Below are positions 55,191-64,000 of a stretch of 64,000 nt of DNA, in pieces (the stretch's first letter is position 1; every line of letters starts with the position of its first letter). Origin of the DNA: the human T2T-CHM13v2.0 reference genome, Homo sapiens; the NCBI RefSeq assembly GCF_009914755.1, contig NC_060937.1; one strand, 5' to 3'. The translations under genes and the position numbers were made by a program. Under the pieces are notes generated by a model. That model was not told the DNA's origin. It ran no database searches and saw only the letters and a list, made by a program, of their open reading frames with translations.

Positions 55191-56381
55191 AGCAAGCACA
55201 TCTCATCTTAAAACGTCAAGTAGTTTGGACTAGACAGACCCATATACCCTGACTTAACCAACAAAGAAAACATGTTATCTCATGGTTAAGGTCCCAAGAT
55301 AGGCCTGATTCCTCCAGGAGCTCAGCAAAATCCACAGGAAACCATGCTCCTTCTCTCTCTCCCTGTACCTGGTGGCCTTGACCTCAGGCCAGCTGTGCTC
55401 CCCAGGACCTCGAGGTGGCCCTGCAGGTGGGGGCTCCCCACCCAGTGCAGGGAATAAATATGGGGTGTACTGTCTGTAGTGAATGTGGAAACAATAATAA
55501 AACCAGCTGAAACTCAGCTGTTGGTTATCCCCATGTGTCTGCAAAGCTGAACAATATCAGTGATAATAATACCCTCCCAGACAAAAACTTCCGTTCTACA
55601 AATTCTAAGCAATTACTTAGTAGTGTCAAGTTTTAGTAATATACATAAGCTTCAAATTAGCACATTTTATGACTTATCCTTTAATAAACAAAGTATCAGA
55701 GAAATCTTGGTTATGCTTGGCCCCTGGTATACCTGGAATCAGTACCACATGGCAGTTTCAACAGTAACTTCCTAAAAATTTGGAATTCTTTGAGTTCACT
55801 TCAGCCACAGCTCATGTCCCCAGTTCCCGGGGGAGGAAATATTCCAGCATTTAAACAGTGGCTTTGAAATAAGCTGTAAAAGCAACTGTGTAGATGACAC
55901 AGTTAGAGATGCTTCAATTCTGTCAGTCTACTTGAAGATCCAGAGAAAGTTTAAAATCTTTGGCAGTGAAATAGTACAAACTAAAAGTGTAATATTTTTC
56001 TTTGGTAAGTGCAAACTTTAGTTCATACATGAACTATGTTACTGGTATTGAATACATTCTTTAAAATGGAAACTTCATTTTTAAATCGTTGCTTCACAAC
56101 TAAAGAACAAATCAAGAAAATATGATTGTAAGTGATTATTATTATAGCAGAAAAATATGTGTCCAATGTACGTATGTGGGGGCAGGGAGGGGATGCTAAA
56201 ATAGCTATGCCCCTCATGTCAAATACACCTACTATGCAGGGCTCAGCAAGTCAGGGTGGACCCTCCATGCCCCACAAGCTGCTGTAGGGTAGGCCACATC
56301 CTTATGAGGTCCTTCGTATCAGCAAAGTCTCCAAGAACTCCTGACCAACTTCCCTTGGGTCTCCTCCACTGTAGTTTGGCC

Positions 56382-57120
56382 TCACAGGTAAGGTGAGCAG
56401 CCCACCTGATTATCCCCAGGTGGGGACAAGCCCCATATCCCATGCCCCCACAGAATGGGGTGCTGCTTGCTGGTGAGGTGCTACTGGGGTGCAAGGGTGT
56501 TAGCTGCAGTCATTTTATACCATTTTTTTAACATGTATTCTAAATTTTATCTGATTTGCTGTTTATTATTTGCATATATTATTTTAAGTGACACATTGGT
56601 CCCAACCTGGATCTAGACTTGGAGAGGGAATATAGGTGACAAAGGATCTCTCCACTGGTGCCCAGAATTCAGCCTGGTCCTGGAGCTGCAGGGCTCAGGA
56701 GCACGTTCAGATGCACACAGGAGGCAGCCGCCCCCTGCTTGCCACCTTCTGCTCGTTGGTGTGGGGGACACAGTTCTGTTCCATCACAGGTGTTTGCTTT
56801 ATAACAGGTAAGGGAAGACAAAACTTAAGAGGGCAAAAGGACTGCACCAGGTCCCCTACGAAACACCCCAAGTAACTCCCAGAAATAGGACTCTGGGATT
56901 TGGGAAGGGAGGGCTGTGAGATACCAGTGCCCCCTCTGTGGGGACACGAGTTTGCCAAGCCAAATCTTTACTATTCTTGAGACCTCCTTCATATCCCCAG
57001 GCTCATGAGGAGAACTCAGGGTACAGAGTAAAAGTACATCATATTTTTCATATTTGTTAGGAATGGAAAATCCTCCATCACAAGTAAGGTGAGCAGCCCA
57101 CCTGATTGTCCCCAGGTGGG
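56382..57120 (+). repeat. 43-bp direct repeat pair (56382-56424 and 57078-57120)
   Basis: tcaca(g/a)gtaaggtgagcagcccacctgatt(a/g)tccccaggtggg, 2 mismatches. Confidence 0.9.
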
Positions 57121-57138
57121 ACGATTAATCTGAGTGAC

Positions 57139-57439
57139 TGTCTTGGCCCATTTTCACACTGCTGATAAAGACATGCCCGAGACTGGGAAGAAAAAGAGGT
57201 TTAATTGGACTTACAGTTCCACATGGCTGGGGAGGCCTCAGAATCATGGAGGGCGGTGAAAGGCACTTCTTCCATGGCAGTGGCAAGAGAAAATGAAGAT
57301 GCAAGAGCCGAAGCCCATGATAAACCATCTGATCTGGTGAGACTTATTCACTACCACAAGGACAGTTTGGGGGAACCGCCCACATGATTCAACTTAATTC
57401 AGGATGAGATTTGGGTGGGGACACAGCCAAACCGTATCA
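57139..57439 (-). mobile_element. THE1 solo LTR with an internal deletion
   Basis: ccattttcacactgctgataaagacat...gatgagatttgggtggggacacagccaaaccgtatca; perfect 5-bp TSD gtgac. Confidence 0.92.
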
Positions 57440-57490
57440 GTGACCTTAGGAAGGAAAGCCTTCATCCTTCATCTCTGGTAGCAGATGTGC

Positions 57491-57802
57491 TTTTTTTTTT
57501 TTTTTTTTTTTTTTTTTTTGAGACAGGGTCTCACTCTGTCGCCCAGGTTGGAGTGCAGTGGCATGATCTCAACTTACTGCAACATCTTCCTCCCAGGCCT
57601 AAGTGATTCTCTTGCCTCAGCCTCCTGAGTAGCTGGGATTACAGGCACCTGTCACTACCGCCCAGCGAATTTTTGTATTTTTAGTAGAGATGGGGTTTCA
57701 CCATGTTGGCCAGGCTGGTCTCAAACTCCTGACTTCCAATAATCCACCTGCTTCAGCATCCCGAAGTGCTGGGATTACAGGCGTGAGCCACAGCGCCCGG
57801 CC
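57491..57802 (-). mobile_element. AluS
   Basis: Long T-tail, reverse Alu ending gcgcccggcc; TSD-like atgtg(c/a)ttttt. Confidence 0.95.
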
Positions 57803-60659
57803 ATATGTGATTTTTGATTCAAACACTGAATGAGGTGCATCACTACCAATCGACAGTAATGCATTCACAGGGCAACTACAACTAAGGAAATGAGTACATC
57901 TGTCTGAATCTAAAATAGAAGGAAAAAAGAATTGAATTTTGGACAATTTTAGAGTTAAAAGAAAGTACTTAAACTATGTGGCATTTTCAAAAATGCATAG
58001 TTTAATGCAATTTATTCCATCTTATCTAGTGTATCTCTTTATAATCAAAAGATAGACGCTTAGGAATAACTTTGGACACATGTATCTGTTTGGAACAGAT
58101 TGCATGACTAAAAAGAATGTCCCTAATCAGGTTCCGACAGGCAGTCAGTGGCCACTGGCCTTGGTTCAGCATCTGGGCTAGTGCCTCCCTAATTCCCTAG
58201 AATTTTCCTAATGACTGTTGCATCAGAATCACAAGACAGCTGCTCCACCTCCAGCCATCAAGTCCAAATGCCAACTAAGAATGAAGATGAAGGATGAAGG
58301 GCTTTCTCAAGGCTTTGCCTCACTGAGGGAGACAGAATTGCAAATATTTAGCTTTCTGGATTCTACAGGCCTTATTTCCTGAATTGGGAAAAACAAAAAC
58401 CAAACCAAAAAAAATAACAACAACAAAAAAAGAAACAAATTCACATTTCTCCCCTTCCACTCCAACTCTTTCATACCTGGATAATTGACTTAATAGGTTC
58501 ACTAGCAGAAACAAGAATAATTTTGAGCCATGAGCTGACCCAGTAACTTTTACATTTGGACCCTCTAGGCTTTGAGACATGAGTAGCCCCGGACTCAGGA
58601 TGGGAGTCGATCCCTTGAGTCCACAGGATGTTTCAGACATGGTCCTGTCATCCGATGGCAGAGTCTGGATTTTGGAAGCCTGGTTTGGGGTTCTGGGTTC
58701 TGGTTTCATTTTGCACTAACTGAATTATACTGTAAGCCTCTGTTTGCTCTGCATGATTGAGGAACAACAGTCCATCATTATCCTATAGGAATATTGGGAG
58801 GTTCAAATAAAATATTCCAAAATGGTTGTGAAAACCTAAAAACATTATAGCAATATAAGTTACCATCATATCTTCCATGTTAAATTAATCCCAAAACAAG
58901 AAGATATAGGTAGGAGTACGTAGCTAGCTCACTGCTTCTCCTAGGGGCCTGTCTCAGTCAATCCCAATTTCCTTATAAAAACAAAAACAAAAACAAAAAC
59001 ACCAGTGTACAAATCCTCCCCTTTCTCTTCAAGTGTGCTTGTCACTTCCCGGACATGCCCTCTTCTGCTCATCTCTCTGAGTTATCTCTCCTCCCCTGCC
59101 TGGGTCTGACCCCGGGAAAATTTACCCTGCAGATGTAAAGCTTTGTTTTCATAAGCAAAACCACTGACTCCACATGGCTAGAAACAGCCTATACTTTCAG
59201 GACTGAGATATGCCATCTTTCACGTCTGAACAGGTTTAGTGAAACAATCAGTACTCGGTGCATCCGGAAACACACTCGCATATAGTAAGATAACTGCATT
59301 TACATCAGAATATCATGACTATTTGGTGAGATAAATATACTGTCAAATGTAATGACATCCTCCTCCCAGCTCTCTCATAAAGAAGTATTGAGAACACATA
59401 ATTGCCCTCAAAAGATGTCTATTTTATGATAATCATTACCTAAATATTACACACCAGAGACTTGTACTGTTAAAGAGGGCTGGAATTACTTATGAAATAT
59501 TAGCTTTTTACTTAAGCTCTTTGGACATAATTCATAAAAATTAATTCATGGTTTATAAGAATGATCTCTATTCTTTAATAGAATACTTCTGTAATTCATT
59601 AAATTATTTAATCCCATCACCCTGATCATTTCAATTTTAGTCCTTCATAAGGAAAAATAGACTAACTTTTAGTGAGGAGGAGAAACATTGATGTCAGCAC
59701 CCAGGACCCACATCTCAAAAAATCATGAAGAAATGTACAGGGTATGGAGAAAAGAAAGGTGACACAGTCAACCCAAATAATGCTGCTTCTCAAATATATT
59801 TGTGATTATTTGGGGGTAAACCTAAGCTAAGAAAATGTTAATTTTTGATTAATTTATTTGAGAATATATGGATGCTTTCTGAGGTTGGAAGCATGATTTC
59901 TAGTTTTCCTGATACATCCCAGGTTTTCCTAGAATGACCTCCCCGTGAAGTTTTCAGCATCTTTAAAATGCTGTCCAGAAGTAGCGTCAGCCCTTGGGGC
60001 CCACAGCAGACCATGGGTCTGTGTATGCCAGTAACTTACGGAAACAATATTATAAAATGTCATTTATTATTTCTCACAATCATAATGGAGTAATTGTTTG
60101 CTCAATGTGTTGATTCACATCTGTGTCTGCCTCTGGACTGTCATACACACGAGGGCAGGCAGGCTTCGTCTGTCAGGTTGACCTCTACATCCCCTGAGCT
60201 ATGCACAGTGTTTTCCACATGATCCAGTCAATATTTTTAAACTGAAAGCCAACATATTTTACTAACTTTATAGTTGTCCAATGAGGATAATTAATATGAA
60301 TTCAAGTCACAATATGTCCATTGATTTTTCTACTAAAAATAAAGGCTTTTAAAAGTGAGGAAAATAATCTCTTATATACAGTCACATTAACCCTATGAGA
60401 AATTAGGATAGATTTTATTTTCTATGTGTTATAAATAAGGCACTGAGATGCCAGGAAATAAATACAAACAATTACATAGGAGGGTGGAAAAGTAACTTAG
60501 TATCAGCACATGTAGGTTCTCTTTCCAACTTTCACCATTTACTTTGAGCAAGTCACTTAATGTTGGTGTCTTTGTTAGAGACATTATCAGGAACAAGAAT
60601 ACTTCCAAGTTCCTTTCTAATTAAACTACCCTCTTCTATAGAGCACTCTCCTAAGAGAT

Positions 60660-61190
60660 ATTCAGAGAAAGAAAAAAGTCAAAGTGTGCCTGGTGTCTGC
60701 AGGACATTGTATTTGGCCTCATGGAGTAGAATCTGATTGTAGGACTGTAAGCACATGGAGAGTTATTTTCTCACAAAACCCAAGTCCTGGGGCAGAAACC
60801 CAGCTGGCCCAGTTGCTCACCCATAAGCCAGGCATTTACTGCCATGTCCTTAGACAGAGACCCTTATCCTCTTGGTTAAAAGTGGCTACTCCACTTCCAA
60901 GCTTCAGGAATAAGTTATGGATGGAAAGAGAAACTAGAAAAGGCTCTTCCTAGTTGGGTTTTCCACTTTAATCAATATCACAGAAGCTTTTCTGAAAACT
61001 GTATCCCAAAAACTTCCACTTGAATCTCATTGGTCTAAACTGGTTATATGGTCACCTCTGGCTAAAGGGAGTATGGATTTGTAAGTGTGTCTTAGCAGAC
61101 ATAGTAGCCTCTTGAACAAAAGTGTGGTTTTCTACCAAAGGAAAAAGGGTAGAATAGATGTTAGCTGGGCAGCCAACAGTTTACCACAAA
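60660..61190 (-). mobile_element. Old MLT1-like LTR fragment
   Basis: gagttattttctcaca...aaagtggct...atctcattggtctaaactgg...ggtcacctctggcta...gggcagccaacagtttaccaca. Confidence 0.5.
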
Positions 61191-61389
61191 CCATACAGTG
61201 ATGGAGTTCTTTTAGTGAAGAATTTTTCAAATTTACTTTGAGAGTCCACACCTATGTGCCCCAAGGATCCATACAAAAACAGTTCATAGATGGATTACTG
61301 GTAATAAGGAAATCTGGAAACAATTTAACAGGCCAGAAGTACTCTGACAATTTCTCTTTATAAGAAAAAAACTGTAGTATACTTCATGA

Positions 61390-62160
61390 AAAAAAGATGC
61401 AAAATATTAGCCAATCAAATACAGTAATATATCAAAAGAATATTACCACAAACAAGTGGGTTTATTGCAGGAATGCAAGGTTGGTTTAACATTTTTAAAA
61501 ATCAATCAAACTGAAAAGAACCAAAAAAGAAAAAGGAAGAAAATCAATCAATGTAATTTACCATATTAACCATCTAAAGAAGACAACCACGTGATCACAT
61601 CAATTGATAGAGAAAATCACAGAGCTCTCCACAGAAAATACATGACCTGTGGGATGCCGAACCCAGGACCTAGAAGGCTGACTTTTTGACTTTTTATGTT
61701 TGAGATTCTGTGGTGCTGACTGTGAGATTTGAGCATTGTCAGATTTTGATATCCATGGAGGCCCTGAAACCAATACCCCAAAAATACTGAGGGACAACAG
61801 TTCTGGACAAAACTCCACATCCATTTACAACTTAAAAAGAAAAAAAAAAAAAGCTTCTAGCGGACTAGAAATAGAAAGGAATGTCTGCTAAAGGACACCA
61901 ACCCAAAACAAAAGAAAACAAAACACACCAAAAATATCAAAAAGAATGAAACTTTAGCTAATATTGCACTTCATAAGGAAAGACTGAATACTTTCCCCCT
62001 AAAGAGCAGCAACAGGGCAAGGATGTTCTATCTCAATGCTCTTCAACATCACACTGAAAGTCTTACACAGCCCAAAGTGGTAAGGAAAAGAAATATAAGG
62101 CATACAGAGTGAAAAGGAGGAAATAAAATTATACTTATTTGCAGATGATGTGATTTGAAG
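61390..62160 (+). mobile_element. Old L1M ORF2 (RT region) fragment with a MER2-like insertion
   Basis: caagtgggtttattgcaggaatgcaaggttggtttaacatt...aacagggcaaggatgttc...ttatttgcagatgatg. Confidence 0.8.
61640..61800. mobile_element. MER2/Tigger-type MITE fragment
   Basis: gattttgatatccatggaggccctgaaaccaatacccc...atactgagggacaac TIR end. Confidence 0.65.
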
Positions 62161-62299
62161 CTGGGAATATTTTCTTCAAAATGGACAGGTACAATATATA
62201 AAAATATATTCTTAAGGAAAAATGGGAACTTTACTCCCCTGGAAGTCATCTTTTAGAATTTATTTTAAGTCTTTCTTATGTTATTATATGAAGGTCTGT

Positions 62300-62965
62300 A
62301 TCTTATGTAAATGACAATATGCTAACCCAATATATATTTTTTTATATTGTGCAATAATAGATATTTGGATTGATTCTAATTTTTGTACCACTACAAACAG
62401 TTACTGCAAGTTATATATTCTCTTTTGTGCAGTTGTACAAGAGTTTCTATAGAATCATCCCTAGAATTGGAATAGACAAAATAGTTCAGTTATGAACATT
62501 TTAAGTTGTATTAGATTATTCCTCAAATTACTCTTTTAACCTCTTGTACTAATTTGCATACCTGCCAAGAGTATATGAGGGTGTCTGTTTCCCCAAACCC
62601 ACAATAAAGAATGATCAAACTTACAGATTACTATTTACCTTTTCAGCTAAAAATATCTCATTTGTAAGACTTGGATTTTGTGAGGTTTGGCATGTTTATG
62701 TTGTGTATTTTTATTTCTTGTTTTCTATGCCTGCTCATATCACTTGCTCATTCTTCTGTTGGAGGTTTTATCACAGAGTTTTAAAACCTCTTTGCATATC
62801 AAATAGTAATTGTTCCCTATCATGTTTCAATATTTGTTTCTAGTTTGCCTTTTGTATTTTGACATTGTGGTGATTTTGTAATGGAATTTAAATTTTTGGT
62901 TGAGTCTAATCAATCGCTTCTTTTATGACTTCAAATTTTGACGTTCTTCTTTAAGTTGTCTTTTC
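62300..62965 (-). mobile_element. Old L1ME 3' fragment
   Basis: T-rich; cctagaattggaat...ttgtactaatttgcatacctgccaagagtatatgagggtg motifs. Confidence 0.6.
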
Positions 62966-63504
62966 CTTACTCAGATATGTTTTCCAAAAACAACTGTGAC
63001 TGCCTATGTTAATGGTCTGCACAATCTTTGCATGAGCACACCTGGAAAACCCTCAGTTTCCCTGACATTAGTACAATTATCTCCAGGACCTGGAGCACAA
63101 AATCAGCAAATTGAGTTGGTTAGCTTAATATATTTTTTTTGTTTTCAGTTTAGAGTGCTGGCTTGCATGTTATTTTTACCACAAGGGCTTACTGCTCCTC
63201 CCAGGGAGTCTAGACTTGACCCAAGCTCAGTTTAAGACCCCCAGAGTAGATGAGAAAGTGGATATTTCCACAATTTAAGCTGACAGAACTATTAGACTAT
63301 AATATCAACAGATCAAGTAAGCAGAAGGCATTCTTATTGTACTCGTACACTATCTCACTTATGATCTTTGTCTCTGCTCTACAAAGCCCATTTAATAGAC
63401 TTTTTATCACTTGGAGACCATTTCATCTCTTGGTATAGAATTCCACAGCCTCTGAAGCAGCCAAGGATAGCAAGTGCAAAAACACAACTTCTTTTGCGTA
63501 TGGC

Positions 63505-63592
63505 TATAGGTTGTGTGTCTTGTGTGTGTATACATATATGGTATGTGTGTGTATATGTATGTATGGTATCTACATATGTGTGTTTGTATATT
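63505..63592. repeat. Imperfect (TG/TA)n microsatellite
   Basis: tgtgtgtgtatacatatatggtatgtgtgtgtatatgtatgtatg. Confidence 0.8.
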
Positions 63593-64000
63593 ATTTGCCC
63601 TTCTCTTATTTTCTGTGAGCTTTTAATTGTGAAAAGATCCTTGATAAGGCCTTTGTTCATCAGAGAACAGAATAATTTGGGCAGGAATAATTGAATCATT
63701 GACCACCATCAAACAAAACTTCCGTTATGTACCATAGGGAAATTTTGGTTTTGGTTTCTTTGTAGTAGCATAATCATAGTCCAGCTTCTCAAAAGTCAAC
63801 CTGCAGCTGCTTGTGCTCACACATAGCACTGGGAGTCTATCTCAGCCACCATGGCTTTAAAGAACCCTGCAGGAAAGGAACTTAAAGTTCAAAGGTCAAA
63901 GTGTCCAGATTCTAAACAGAGTTAAGGTTTTCTTTCTGCTTCAGCCTAGCAGGGGTGTATTTCCCATGAGAGGTTTGTTTTTTTAACAATGGTCATTGTA

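Noticed and set aside
54506-55211. Overlapping ORFs up to 143 aa
   Set aside because: Within THE1 and LTR16-like sequence; chance ORFs

Overview
Primate, most likely human, non-coding genomic DNA. I can support no intact protein-coding gene, RNA gene or CRISPR-type array. Much of the window is interspersed repeat: 11 Alus, a 5'-truncated L1PA with target-site duplication (TSD), old L1M/L2/MIR fragments, a full LTR-int-LTR MST (MaLR) provirus, solo THE1/MST/MLT1/MER51/LTR1 LTRs and several DNA-transposon MITEs. Most ORFs in the track are repeat-derived or chance; only the broken L1 ORF2 pieces at 3.9-5.7 kb are clearly recognisable protein sequence. A nearly repeat-free block (~43.1-48.5 kb) with a small CpG-rich core (~45.5-45.9 kb), AP-1/GATA/ETS motifs and minus-strand splice donors looks like a promoter and first exon of a minus-strand gene. 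If so, 1-45 kb is a large first intron; I could not identify the gene. The most unusual structures are: (1) a gap-free 262-bp inverted duplication (51015-51276 / 52017-52278, 19 mismatches) that appears pasted into an old MLT1 LTR; (2) a ~50-nt polyadenylated L1-mediated micro-retrocopy with TSDs at 30.3 kb; (3) a 5 x 58-bp minisatellite born inside an Alu; (4) a duplicated 43-bp hairpin/double E-box unit; (5) a complex GATA-rich micro-duplication. These are local mutational or regulatory curiosities, and I found no evidence of a new multi-gene system. Repeat subfamily calls come from remembered consensus sequences, not from a RepeatMasker run.
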